Assembly (NCBI GenBank): GCA_963793645.1
Contig: CAWCAW010000004.1
Coordinates: 293,793 to 357,792 of the forward strand
DNA length: 64,000 nucleotides
Source: an uncultured Acidimicrobiaceae bacterium
Lineage (GTDB): Bacteria; Actinomycetota; Acidimicrobiia; Acidimicrobiales; UBA8190
Reading direction: 5' to 3'
The position numbers and the translations under genes were made by a program. Below the pieces are notes generated by a model. It did no database searches, was not told the DNA's origin, and saw nothing but the letters and a program-made list of their open reading frames with translations. Within the stretch, counting starts at the first letter, position 1. The number at the start of each line of letters is the position of its first letter. Of the stretch, positions 49,462 to 58,950 are shown piece by piece.

Positions 49462-50226
49462 TCAGGAAACGTCATCCCGGTTCGACGCGTGGCCCGGAGA
49501 TCGCCCGTCGCTGCGACGATGCATCGAGGCGACACGATCGCGGCCGATGTCGACGAACTGCCCCACTGCTTCAACGGTGACAAGGCCATCTTGGATGAGT
49601 CGTCCTTCGCTGTGGACCCGACGACCGACCGTCTTGGTGACCCAGGTTTCGATCACCAGCGGTCGCCCAATCAGTGTCGGCTTCCGGAACCGAATGGCGA
49701 GCTCAGCTGTTGGTCCGGCCACATTTGCCACCACGCAGGCGGCCGCCAGCATCAAGTCGAACGCTCCTGCCAGTGCGGCGCCGTGCACGCAACCAGGCGC
49801 GCCCTCATAAAGGGGCCCGAAGGTTGCCGAGCCGATCGCCATGGGCGGGTCGAACTCCAAGGAGATAGGTGGTGCGACGGGGTTGCACGAACCGATGACC
49901 ACATCAAAAGGCATCCAGGCGGCCATGGTGCCCACTGCCGGGCCTGACGATGATGCAGGGAACCGGCCCGGGGGGAGGGCATCGGGAGCGGGAACATGGC
50001 CCTGGAGCTCGTCGGCAAGAGCAGCCACCCGCTCGCACACGTCGTGCAGCACAGGTGGCGGCGCCGCCGAAGTGATGGCCATCGTCATGAGCCGGCGCAG
50101 CGCCACCGCCAACTCTTCACGACCTCCACCACTCCACACCCGTTGTCGGTCCGGGTCCGCCTCCTCCGCTTCTGGAGTCATTTCTGCGTCCAGAGGCCCC
50201 ATCGCCCCCACGATACGGCCGCACAC
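49462..50226 (-). CDS. hotdog-fold thioesterase (PaaI-like) with an N-terminal extension
   Basis: ...GAPGCVHGAALAGAFDLMLAAA...ELAIRFRKPTLIGRPLVIETWV...GRLIQDGLVTVEAVGQFV... Confidence 0.7.
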   Translation of the reverse strand: MCGRIVGAMGPLDAEMTPEAEEADPDRQRVWSGGGREELAVALRRLMTMAITSAAPPPVLHDVCERVAALADELQGHVPAPDALPPGRFPASSSGPAVGTMAAWMPFDVVIGSCNPVAPPISLEFDPPMAIGSATFGPLYEGAPGCVHGAALAGAFDLMLAAACVVANVAGPTAELAIRFRKPTLIGRPLVIETWVTKTVGRRVHSEGRLIQDGLVTVEAVGQFVDIGRDRVASMHRRSDGRSPGHASNRDDVS

Positions 50227-50338
50227 GTGACTCCGGAGTCGGTGCGGTGGGGCAACGGCCCAGGTCGGGGTCCATTTGGCCGGATGTTGGCGCCTGGATG
50301 CTCAACGAGGCGACCGATCGAGCCGATGCCTCTGAGCG

Positions 50339-51628
50339 ATGGACACGGACCGGAACCTCTTCTCGGTTCCCAAAACACCCGGCTCGACGCACATCGAGGG
50401 CTACGCGGCCGTGCCGGCGCTTGCCCCCCTCGAACGCGACTTCAGACCCGGTGGACCACGCCATGCGCTGCGTCTGCCCACCGAGACGACCCTGCCGCGC
50501 CCCTCGGTCGGGGTTATCTCACGCCCGTCGACATCGCCTCCCGAAGTCAAACGCTCGGCCTTACGATCGACACCACGACACTCGCGCCGGCGGCGGATAC
50601 CTCTTGGTGGCGTCCTGATGGGCGGTGCAGTGATGGCATCGGTGATCGCCGTCAGCCTCCACTCTGCACTCACCGATGCCAACCAGCCCGGTGGCGGACA
50701 CACCCAGTCACCACTCGCCGCCGCACTCGTGGCGGGACCCGCGACTGCACTGCGCGACCTAGCACCGGGCCGGGCGCCCACGACGACCACGACGACCACG
50801 ATTCCAGCGGTGGTGCCCACGACTGTGGCGACGACGGTTCCTACGACGGTGGCGACGACGGTTCCCCGCAACCCTGCTGCTCCGGTGCTGGCTCACGGTG
50901 TTGTCTCGAAGCCGGTAACGACGACGAGCGCCCCGGCCCGATCGTCCTCGGCGACAATGGGGATCCTCCCACCTGACAACCCGCCTGAGGCACCACTGTG
51001 GGGAAGTCCGAGTTTCCAAAGTGCGTGCCAAGGGGGAGGGAACTCCGCCGGATGCTTGAGTGAGGTCGAGCAAGCCGTCGCCAGTGCCCGCCGCGCCGAC
51101 GGCGAAGAGATCGGACAGCTCCAGGTACCTTCGGACTTCCTTTCCCTCACCTCCGGCGAGCAGATATTCGTGCTCACCGATGCCGAACGCGTCGAGCGCG
51201 GGCTCGCCCCCATCGCCGGGCTGGTTGACGAACTCGACCAACAAGCCGCTTCGGCGGCCGGGGCCGACGCGGACCCGAGCCCGGGAACGATGCCTGCCGG
51301 TGTGACGCTGCGGGCGTGGAAGTCCAACTTTGCGGAGAGCGACGGCCCTCTCGCCACCGATTACCAGTGGATGTACGCGGATGGAGTCGGTGGGGAGAAC
51401 GGCGCGTGCCAATCGGGGAACATGACGGGATGTTGGGCGCATCGCGACAACATCTTGTGGAACCTCACCTCGGCACAGCTCGGCGGGCAAACGCTCATCA
51501 TGGGCGCCGCTCAAGCGCAGCCTTCGGGGACCTCCTATGTCAATGACGCCGAGCTCATTGAACTCGTCGTCGGCACCCCTACCTACGCCTACACCTGGGC
51601 CCAGGCCGTCGCCGCCGGCGCCGGTTGA
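50339..51628 (+). CDS. membrane-anchored protein with a Thr/Pro/Val linker and a CAP/SCP-like C-terminal domain
   Basis: TM segment ...GGVLMGGAVMASVIAVSL... Linker ...TTTTTTTIPAVVPTTVATTVPTTVATTVP... (24-nt tandem repeat at 50813-50866). The C-terminus has ...VLTDAERVERGLAPI... and ...GCWAHRDNIL..., which resemble CAP-domain blocks. The true start could lie downstream of 50339. Confidence 0.6.
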   Translation: MDTDRNLFSVPKTPGSTHIEGYAAVPALAPLERDFRPGGPRHALRLPTETTLPRPSVGVISRPSTSPPEVKRSALRSTPRHSRRRRIPLGGVLMGGAVMASVIAVSLHSALTDANQPGGGHTQSPLAAALVAGPATALRDLAPGRAPTTTTTTTIPAVVPTTVATTVPTTVATTVPRNPAAPVLAHGVVSKPVTTTSAPARSSSATMGILPPDNPPEAPLWGSPSFQSACQGGGNSAGCLSEVEQAVASARRADGEEIGQLQVPSDFLSLTSGEQIFVLTDAERVERGLAPIAGLVDELDQQAASAAGADADPSPGTMPAGVTLRAWKSNFAESDGPLATDYQWMYADGVGGENGACQSGNMTGCWAHRDNILWNLTSAQLGGQTLIMGAAQAQPSGTSYVNDAELIELVVGTPTYAYTWAQAVAAGAG

Positions 51629-51634
51629 GCTCGA

Positions 51635-52114
51635 TCAGCTCCCCCCTGGCGGTCCCAGCTTTGCCAGTTTGTCGACGAGGTTCCTGAGAACTTCGTCCTG
51701 GGCTTGGAGATGGTCTTGGATCTTCACGGCCTCATGCATGACGGCATCGGCGTCGTTGTAGGTGGCCTCAGAGCGTTTGTCGGCAGCGGCGGCGAGCACG
51801 TTCTGACCCACGATGATCACTGACAACAGCACCAACTGGAGAAATGTCTGAGAGATCCACGACACCAACGTCACGGCATTGTGTGACTTGATGGCTTGGG
51901 GAAGGCTGATGAGGGCCAAGATGGCAAAGGCGTAGGCACACCACATGGTGCCGACGGCAGTGGTGATCTTGACCGCGAACCAAGCGTTGAAACGGGCCAT
52001 CGCCGTGTCGTGGGGAAGTAGATCGGCGGTCTTCACGGGACCGGGGTCATCGCCTTCGAGACGCGCCTTGGTGCGGTGATGAGGGATGTACCGGTAAATC
52101 GGGATCTCAGACAT
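51635..52114 (-). CDS. DUF1003-like membrane protein
   Basis: Two TM segments, then ...WISQTFLQLVLLSVIIVGQNVLAAAADKRSEATYND... and a coiled C-terminus. AAGGAG lies upstream of ATG 52114. Confidence 0.6.
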   Translation of the reverse strand: MSEIPIYRYIPHHRTKARLEGDDPGPVKTADLLPHDTAMARFNAWFAVKITTAVGTMWCAYAFAILALISLPQAIKSHNAVTLVSWISQTFLQLVLLSVIIVGQNVLAAAADKRSEATYNDADAVMHEAVKIQDHLQAQDEVLRNLVDKLAKLGPPGGS

Positions 52115-52221
52115 CGGTGCGACTCCTTGGCCGATCGGTGACCCTGGGTGCGGGTCCGCCTGCGTAGTTGACCACGCCGACCCGACGCGCCGTCGGTCAT
52201 CGCATCGACTGCGGCTCCGAG

Positions 52222-52632
52222 TCAGGAATGCATATCTTGGAGGTCGACGTCTCGAACGTGTTGACCAAAGGACCACTGGTGACCTTCGGGGTCTTCGACA
52301 CCGTACGTTCGGTCTCCGTAGAACTGATCGGCGAGATCACGAAGAATGCGAGCGCCCTTGGCCGTGGCCCGCTCGTAGTGCTCGTCGACGTCATCGACGT
52401 AGACGTAGACGTAGACGAGCTGCGTGGCGCCACCCAGACGGCTGGGACCTCGGTAGTCACCACCGGGGTTCCCCAGCATCACCACGCCGGTGCCGAGATG
52501 GATCTCGGCGTGGAGAGCCTTGCCGTCGGGATCAGTCATGCGAACGTGCTCCGTGAAACCGAAGGTGTCGACGAGCCAGTCGACCGCCGCGTCGACGTCC
52601 TCATAGAGCAGATACGGCGTGATCTGGGGCAT
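52222..52632 (-). CDS. VOC/glyoxalase-family (PhnB-like) protein
   Basis: MPQITPYLLYEDVDAAVDWLVDTFGF...HAEIHLG...YGDRTYGVEDPEGHQWSF... Confidence 0.8.
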   Translation of the reverse strand: MPQITPYLLYEDVDAAVDWLVDTFGFTEHVRMTDPDGKALHAEIHLGTGVVMLGNPGGDYRGPSRLGGATQLVYVYVYVDDVDEHYERATAKGARILRDLADQFYGDRTYGVEDPEGHQWSFGQHVRDVDLQDMHS

Positions 52633-52687
52633 GCCCTCGGGCGGACTTTGGGCCACGGCCTCTCCTAGTTCTGCCCTTCCCCCGGCC

Positions 52688-53164
52688 TCACAATGACCAC
52701 GGGGGAATCTTCTTGCCCAGCGCCGGAAGGGTGTCAAGAAGATCATCCGTCCTGCGTAGTCGCGTTCCGAGCTCGGCGATGATCTTGCGCGTCACCGACG
52801 GCACCAGATGGTAAAGGCTCATGAACTCCTGGCGCGACAAGACGAGCAGTCGCATGTTCGTCTGGGCCACGACGGTGGCGGTCCGCTTGCCACCGTCGAG
52901 CAAAGCCAGCTCGCCACAAAATGAACCGGGCCCCAAGGTGGCCAGGTCGACGCCCTTGCGCGAGGCGCGCGCCTTACCCTCGACGATGACGAAGAGCTCC
53001 ATTCCCGGATCGTTGCGCTTCATCAGGACCTGACCGGCCTCTACCCGGTGCTCGGTAGTAAGCGAAGCGATGCGACCCAACTCGGTTGTATTGCACGCCG
53101 AGAAGAGATCGACGCGTCGGAGCAGCTCAACACGTTGGTTCTTGCGAAGGCGAAGCACGGCCAT
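52688..53164 (-). CDS. stand-alone cyclic-nucleotide-binding domain protein
   Basis: ...LLRRVDLFSACNTTEL...GQVLMKRNDPGMELFVIVEGKA...GPGSFCGELALLDGGKRTATVVA... No DNA-binding HTH follows. Confidence 0.85.
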   Translation of the reverse strand: MAVLRLRKNQRVELLRRVDLFSACNTTELGRIASLTTEHRVEAGQVLMKRNDPGMELFVIVEGKARASRKGVDLATLGPGSFCGELALLDGGKRTATVVAQTNMRLLVLSRQEFMSLYHLVPSVTRKIIAELGTRLRRTDDLLDTLPALGKKIPPWSL

Positions 53165-53371
53165 GAACGAGCCTCCTTTGGTCTAGGGCAACGGGTGAAT
53201 ACCTGTTGCGGGGCCCCGTGGCCCAAGCTTGCCTCAAACACGTCGTGCCCTGACGTAACAGTTGCCATCCACCGGTGACGCCAGGACGGGCGCTCCTCCC
53301 TTGCGGCCTTGTTGCTTGTACTTACTGATTGTTGTAGATGCCATCTAGCGGCCCCGGCGGTCGCCCGTAAC

Positions 53372-53920
53372 ATGAAAAGGCCCAGTTCCGTAGCCAGTTC
53401 GACAACCACAGCGAGGGAGCCGACGGTGGTCCCCCACGACCTCACGGTGTTTTTTCACCGCCAGCTCGGCCGTGCCGGCACGTTGATCGGGTTGCTGTTC
53501 GTCTCCATCCAGCTTCGCTACGACGAGATCCTTGGAACCACCGGCCAGACCCACAGTCGCGCCGTGGCCAACGCCGCCTTTACAGCCTTGGCCAACGCCT
53601 TGGCGGTCTCGTTGTGGGCACTCGTTCCTAACGTGAATCTCGGCTAACCGGCCGGCGTCGTCGCTCTCTTTTGTGTCTATTCGACTCTCAGATCGCATCT
53701 CAGGCAGGCCCGCCCGAAGGCGCTGTCGCTGAGCCTCTTGGGCTTCTCGCTCGGGGTCTACGTCTGTCAGGTCGTCATTTGCGTTTTGCTAGTCATCCAT
53801 CCGCATGATCACAGCGACGTCGACATCCTTGCCTACGGCGTGTTTGCCGCTATGGCCGCCGGCTTGAGCCGCTGTTGGCGGCTCCTGCAATCCAATGAAT
53901 CGGCGGCAGCGAGCCCTTGA
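53372..53920 (+). pseudogene. membrane protein ORF interrupted by a single in-frame TAA (53645-53647)
   Basis: ORF 53309..53647 and ORF 53738..53920 are in the same frame. The 90 nt between them read through as PAGVVALFCVYSTLRSHLRQARPKALSLSL, a TM-like segment plus a basic loop. That gives about 5 TM segments overall. Confidence 0.45.
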
Positions 53921-53944
53921 TTCGGCCGTGAGACGGGTCGCTCG

Positions 53945-54433
53945 TCACGCCCCCGGTGCTGTGGACCGATAGCCGCCCCCGACAACGGTGCGGGCGAGAA
54001 TGCCAAGCGTGGCTCGCAGCGCGCCCTCCGAAATGATCGGAAATATCCCCTGGTACACCGGGTTGATGGAGGACCAGTCGTAGTACGAGGTGACCAGCGT
54101 CCCACTGTCTTGTGGCTCGAGGAGATAGCCGTAGACGTGGCCGATGGGCGGATCGAGTTGACCGAAGATCGTCCACGCGATCTCACGATCAGGTACGAGC
54201 TTCACGATCGACACCGTCACGTCGTAGAGCCCCATGGGGAAATCGTTGAGGGCCTCGCGGTCCATGTGCACGACGAAGGTGTCACCCACCGCTGTGACAG
54301 CCGCCCCGTCGGCATCCATCAGCATGCCCGAGCTGTCGATGGCCACATGCCCGTGAGGATCGCTGAGCAACCGGAAGATCGGGGCCGCCTCGGCGGCAAT
54401 GGTTCGCTGTACCTCGATGCGTTCTTCGCTCAT
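53945..54433 (-). CDS. SRPBCC (START/polyketide-cyclase-like) family protein
   Basis: MSEERIEVQRTIAAEAAPIFRLLSDPHGHVAID... is a typical SRPBCC N-terminus. 162 aa. Confidence 0.75.
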   Translation of the reverse strand: MSEERIEVQRTIAAEAAPIFRLLSDPHGHVAIDSSGMLMDADGAAVTAVGDTFVVHMDREALNDFPMGLYDVTVSIVKLVPDREIAWTIFGQLDPPIGHVYGYLLEPQDSGTLVTSYYDWSSINPVYQGIFPIISEGALRATLGILARTVVGGGYRSTAPGA

Positions 54434-54480
54434 GCTCGTCTCCTGTCCTGGACGCGTCGACCCACGGTCGGTGGCCTTGT

Positions 54481-55275
54481 CTAGCTGAGGATGTCCTTAC
54501 GCCCAAACCACCACCATCCGATACCGAGGAACACGACCACATACGGCACCTGCAAGATGACGCCCCGAAGGAGGACCGAGCCCTGGTTGGCCTGGAAGAA
54601 CAAGGCCTGCCACGCGTTGAGGTAGTGGGTGGGAAAGAGGTAGCTGATGCCGTTGAGAGGGGCGATGTTGTTGAGGATCTGCGACACCACGCCAAGCCCG
54701 ACTCCCCCGGCCACGGCCCCGATGGGCTTGTTGGTCATGGTCGACAACATGAAGGCGAGCGCGATGTAGGCGCCTTGGCTCCATGCCACGAACAGCGCCC
54801 CAATGGCGAGGCGGCCGATGGCGCCGGCGGCGGAGAGCGACACCATGGTGGGCGTCTGCACCGAGTGCCAGCCGAAGGCCAAGGTGCCCACCACCAAACC
54901 GACGACGGGAACGACGAAGGTAGCGATGACCGACAAGGCGACGGCCACGGTCAACTTGGCGGCCAGCAAACGACCCCGACCCACGGGCCGCACCAGCAAG
55001 TAGCGCAACGTTCCCCAGTCGGCCTCACCGGCCACGGTCTCCCCCGCGAACAAAGACACCACCACGACGAGGAGGAACACGCTGACGGCGGTGAGGGACT
55101 CTATCGACAGGTTGATCCCCGACGACGACGCCAGATCGGTGAAGTTGGGGGCGCCTGCTTGGGAGGGATGGGCCTTCAGCGCCGCCGCCAGGATGATCGG
55201 GATGAGGGCGACGAGGCCCATGCCGACGTACGTGCGTACCCGCCACACCTGCTTGCGCGCCTCGACCGTGATCAC
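54481..55275 (-). CDS. ABC-2 type transporter permease
   Basis: Six hydrophobic segments. The start overlaps the stop of the upstream ATPase gene. Confidence 0.8.
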   Translation of the reverse strand: MITVEARKQVWRVRTYVGMGLVALIPIILAAALKAHPSQAGAPNFTDLASSSGINLSIESLTAVSVFLLVVVVSLFAGETVAGEADWGTLRYLLVRPVGRGRLLAAKLTVAVALSVIATFVVPVVGLVVGTLAFGWHSVQTPTMVSLSAAGAIGRLAIGALFVAWSQGAYIALAFMLSTMTNKPIGAVAGGVGLGVVSQILNNIAPLNGISYLFPTHYLNAWQALFFQANQGSVLLRGVILQVPYVVVFLGIGWWWFGRKDILS

Positions 55276-56186
55276 TGGTCGCCTGCATCGCTGAGGAGCC
55301 CAATGAATGCGTCCTCGAGCCGGTGGCGTGCCGTAATGGTCTCCACGCCCACCTCGGCGTGCACCAGGGCGGCCACGACGTCTTTGCGCGCCAGCCCTTC
55401 GAGCTCGAGCGATATGCCGCTGACGTGGACGTGACAGGACCGAACGCCTGGCATGTCGCCGAGGACGGCGCAGGCACGCGCTACGTCATCGACCTCCAAG
55501 GAGACCGTGGTGGCGGCCCCGACCAGCTCGGCAACCGCCCCGTGCGCCACCAGACGCCCATGGTTCACGACGGCGACGTGATCACAAAGCTGCTCCACCT
55601 CGCTCAGAAGATGGCTGGACAACAACACCGTCGTGCCGCCTGCCGCAGCCTCTCGGATCACCCCTCGCACGTCGCGTGTTTGCTGGGGGTCGAGCCCGTT
55701 GGTGGGCTCGTCGAGGATGAGCAGATCGGGGTGCCCGAGAAGTGCTTGAGCCAGTCCCAGCCTCTGGCGCATGCCCTGCGAATACGTCTTGAACTTCCTG
55801 TCGATGGCACTGCCTAAGGCGGCCAACTCGAGAGCCCGGTCAATGTTCGACTCCGACATGGAAGCCCCTCCGGCCCGCCAGAACAGCTCCAGATTGCGGC
55901 GTCCTGACAGGTGGGGGACGAAGCCCGGCGAATCGACCAGGACGCCGACGCGTCGCAGCACCCGAGCACCGGATCTCACCACCTCGCCGAACAGGCGAAC
56001 CTGGCCGCTGCTGGGGTGGATCAGTCCCACCAGCATGCGCATGGTGGTCGTCTTGCCGGCTCCATTCGGACCGAGCATCCCGAAGACGCTGCCGGGTTCG
56101 ACCGTCAAGTTGAGCTGATCGACGGCCAGCACGTCACGGCTGTAGCGCTTGGTCAGGTCCTCGATGACGATGGGGCTTTGCGACAC
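55272..56186 (-). CDS. ABC transporter ATP-binding protein
   Basis: ...GMLGPNGAGKTT... Q-loop ...YSQGMRQRLGLAQAL...LLILDEPTNGLD...SSHLLSEVE... Start proposed at GTG 56186 (GGGAGA upstream). Confidence 0.9.
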   Translation of the reverse strand: MSQSPIVIEDLTKRYSRDVLAVDQLNLTVEPGSVFGMLGPNGAGKTTTMRMLVGLIHPSSGQVRLFGEVVRSGARVLRRVGVLVDSPGFVPHLSGRRNLELFWRAGGASMSESNIDRALELAALGSAIDRKFKTYSQGMRQRLGLAQALLGHPDLLILDEPTNGLDPQQTRDVRGVIREAAAGGTTVLLSSHLLSEVEQLCDHVAVVNHGRLVAHGAVAELVGAATTVSLEVDDVARACAVLGDMPGVRSCHVHVSGISLELEGLARKDVVAALVHAEVGVETITARHRLEDAFIGLLSDAGDQ

Positions 56187-56317
56187 CGCTCTCCCGTTTC
56201 GCGGTCGATCCACCTCGCGACCCGCCTCCGGGACACTAGCGAGCGGGGCAGGCCCAATCCATGGCGCCGCCCTGCGACGTCGGCGCAGCACCTGGCACCC
56301 ACCAGTAAGGTCGGAGC

Positions 56318-57181
56318 GTGACAGAAGGCAATCCGATTCCTGCCGACGTCCCCCTTTCCCACCTGCCACAACAGGAAAAATCGAAACGCGCCGGCAGCTT
56401 TGGTGGCGTGGCCACCCACTACGAGCGCTTCCGCCCCGGGCCGCCGACAGCGTCAGTGGACTGGATCCTTCCCGAGCACGTGCACCGTATCGTCGATCTC
56501 GGAGCCGGCACCGGGGCCTTGTCGAGGCTCCTTGTCGACAGGGCCGATCATGTCGTAGCCGTCGAGCCCGACGACCGTATGCGCTCAGTTCTGGTCGAAG
56601 AAGTTCCCGGCGTGGAAACCGTGACAGGGCGAGGCGAATCGATCCCGCTCCCCGACGGGAGCGCCGATGCCGTGCTGGCGTCTTCGTCGTGGCACTGGAT
56701 GGACCCGGTCCCCACCCTTCACGAGGTGGCTCGGGTGCTTGGGCCGGGTGGGACCCTCGGCGTGGTGTGGTCCGGACCGGATCCCGAAGGTCCTTTCGTG
56801 GTTCAGGCCCGAGCGCTCATGACGGGACAAGGGGGCGGATCCGGCGCGCCAACACCGGGCTCCTCCGCGCCGGCCAATGAGTTCGCGGGCTTGATCATGG
56901 GTGACGTGGACCGGCCCGCGTCGATTCTCGAGATCCCGCCCGGTGTTCCCTTTGACCAGCCCGAGCGTCGGGTCTTCACGTGGGATGTCGCTCTCACCGC
57001 CGATGATCTCATCGGGTTGTTGGGCACTTTCAGTTGGATCATCACCATGGCCGCACAGACACGTGCCGCCGTGCTCGCGGAGGCGCGCCGGCTCTTGCGG
57101 GAGCTGCTCGGCGTTGAAGGTGACGTCACCGTCGACGTGGCCTTTCGCGCCGAAGGCTGGCGGACGCACCGGCACGGCTGA
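56318..57181 (+). CDS. class I SAM-dependent methyltransferase
   Basis: ...RIVDLGAGTGALSRLL...VVAVEPDDRM...DAVLASSSWHWMD... GTG start. Confidence 0.85.
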   Translation: MTEGNPIPADVPLSHLPQQEKSKRAGSFGGVATHYERFRPGPPTASVDWILPEHVHRIVDLGAGTGALSRLLVDRADHVVAVEPDDRMRSVLVEEVPGVETVTGRGESIPLPDGSADAVLASSSWHWMDPVPTLHEVARVLGPGGTLGVVWSGPDPEGPFVVQARALMTGQGGGSGAPTPGSSAPANEFAGLIMGDVDRPASILEIPPGVPFDQPERRVFTWDVALTADDLIGLLGTFSWIITMAAQTRAAVLAEARRLLRELLGVEGDVTVDVAFRAEGWRTHRHG

Positions 57182-57200
57182 ATCAGGAGAGGTGATTCAG
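57178..57200 (+). terminator. hairpin overlapping the methyltransferase stop codon
   Basis: CTGAATCA-GGAGAGG-TGATTCAG: a perfect 8-bp stem with a 7-nt loop. There is no U-tract, so its function is uncertain. Confidence 0.35.
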
Positions 57201-57531
57201 TGCCGTCTGTGTCAATTTTGCATTCATCCACGAGGCCTTCGACAAGGGCCCAGACACACACCCCGAGGACCACGACGACACCGACACCAAGTAGAGCGAA
57301 CCTTCAGCTACGGGCGTTTCTGCGGCTAGGTCCCGTCTGCGCCCTGAGGCGACACCCGGCGACGGTTCGTCTGACTCGTCACATCGCCTTTGTGAAGTCC
57401 GACCAGCCCCGACCCGATCCTGAAGTGTTCGTGACCTGCCCGTGCGGCAGGCGTTCCGTGCCCAATCCCTAGGTTGGGATTGCCATACCGCCCATCTCCC
57501 GAACCGCCGCTCCCGTCGGGCAACACACTGC

Positions 57532-57768
57532 TCAGGTAAGGCGGAACGTGAAGGACTCGACCGTCCATCCGTCTTTCGTCAGGTCGTCATGAGCCCGCAC
57601 CTCCCAGGAGAACCCGCTCTCACCCATGAGGCGCTGAAGGTGCCCGAGGTCACCTGAGGTGCCGAAGAAAAACCAGCGCCCTCCCCTGAGTCCTCCGAAG
57701 AACCGCTTCATGGCTCCGTAGTCTTCGTCGCTCATCGCCGATTCGAAAGGTGGCGGGACTCTCTCCAC
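57532..57768 (-). CDS. small hypothetical protein (78 aa), possibly a remnant of a methyltransferase C-terminus
   Basis: Protein-like composition (...FFGGLRGGRWFFFGTSGDLGHLQRLMGESGF...). Followed on its strand by two hairpins (57463-57482 and 57435-57451). Confidence 0.35.
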   Translation of the reverse strand: MERVPPPFESAMSDEDYGAMKRFFGGLRGGRWFFFGTSGDLGHLQRLMGESGFSWEVRAHDDLTKDGWTVESFTFRLT

Positions 57769-57807
57769 GGTGCGCGTCGATCAGAGACGTCGCCACGGAA
57801 GGGACGA

Positions 57808-58425
57808 TTACCCCCACGCCGGCGGCCGCGGCAGGCCGTCACGCCACAACCGTCCATACAGCCATGCCAATTCATCGACGGGCGCGTCGAAGCTCGGCAT
57901 GCCCGTGGCCGGTGTCAATCTCGGCCACAGGCGTTCGCGGGTCCGAGGGAGCCACTCCATCACGAAGTCCTCGGGCCAGTCCGTATACGACACCCCGACG
58001 TCGAGATCGACGAGATGCACTTCCACTTCTTGCCAACGACGTGAAGGCAGCTCGAACAAGAAACGTGTCTGGCCGCTGGAGTCCCGTGACCTGCCCAACC
58101 AAGCCGCCGCGGCGATGCTGCGCCACGCTCGGTCAAGGGCGAGCGCCGACGTCCGCACGTCTTCAAGCAGTTCCGCCGCAGCGCGGCGCGACCCCCGCTC
58201 GATCTCCTCCTCTCGACCCTCCGCTCCCCCTTCGTACTGATCGATCACTTCGCCGCGCACAGCCGCCTCGACACGTCGGACGTGACTGTCGCAGTTCCGA
58301 GCCAGATGGGTCAGCACATGTCCGACGGACCACCCGGGCAATCTCGTGGCGCGTCGGGCGTGATCGTCGGTCAGCGCCTCGATGGCCACCAACATTCGCC
58401 CGTTGGCGTCGGTGACTCTGGCCAT
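57808..58425 (-). CDS. DinB/MDMPI-family (mycothiol-dependent maleylpyruvate-isomerase-like) protein
   Basis: ...ALTDDHARRATRLPGWSVGHVLTHLARNCDSH... is the typical N-terminal metal-binding helix pattern. Confidence 0.8.
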   Translation of the reverse strand: MARVTDANGRMLVAIEALTDDHARRATRLPGWSVGHVLTHLARNCDSHVRRVEAAVRGEVIDQYEGGAEGREEEIERGSRRAAAELLEDVRTSALALDRAWRSIAAAAWLGRSRDSSGQTRFLFELPSRRWQEVEVHLVDLDVGVSYTDWPEDFVMEWLPRTRERLWPRLTPATGMPSFDAPVDELAWLYGRLWRDGLPRPPAWG

Positions 58426-58593
58426 GTCGGATTCAGGAACGACGATGGCTCCACGCTACCGAATCACCCCGTGGACACCCGTGGCTGGAATCACTTTCAC
58501 GCTCGGGTGTCGAGAACAGCGGGTACTCGGGCTCATGGCCAAGAGTCAGGACTCGATTCCCCACCCGCGACCGGCCCCACTACCGTTGAGCCC

Positions 58594-58950
58594 ATGGCCG
58601 GGACCCTCGATCGCCGTGTGCTGCTGCGCTATCGCGTCATGGCCTATACGACCGCCGTGCTGCTCATCGTGCTCGTCTTCGTGGGGATCCCGCTGCAGAT
58701 CTGGGACCACCAATTGCTGGTGGTCAAGGTGGTGGGGACCCTGCACGGCTACCTCTACATCGTGTACCTGATCGTCGCCTTCGATTTCACCCGCAAGATG
58801 CGGGTCCCACTTCCCTTCATGATCCTGGTGCTTTTGGCCGGCACGGTGCCTTTCGCCGCCATCGTGGCGGAGCGGCTCCTCACCCGGCGCTACAACACGG
58901 TTGTGGCCGTGGCACCCCCTCCCACGGCGGCGCACGCACCAGAGCCATGA
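58594..58950 (+). CDS. DUF3817 membrane protein
   Basis: ...LLRYRVMAYTTAVLLIVLVFVGIPLQ...VGTLHGYLYIVYLIVAF...LLAGTVPFAAI... Confidence 0.75.
   Translation: MAGTLDRRVLLRYRVMAYTTAVLLIVLVFVGIPLQIWDHQLLVVKVVGTLHGYLYIVYLIVAFDFTRKMRVPLPFMILVLLAGTVPFAAIVAERLLTRRYNTVVAVAPPPTAAHAPEP

Noticed and set aside
50229-50240. Perfect 12-bp palindrome GACTCCGGAGTC just upstream of the thioesterase GTG
   Set aside because: It is short and GC-rich, so it is expected by chance in this composition. It overlaps the uncertain start region and has no second supporting feature.
57192-57329. Possible small ORF (GTG 57192, 46 codons) after the AGGAGAGG loop
   Set aside because: The would-be Shine-Dalgarno abuts the start codon with zero spacing. 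The peptide is Arg/His/Cys-rich and non-protein-like.
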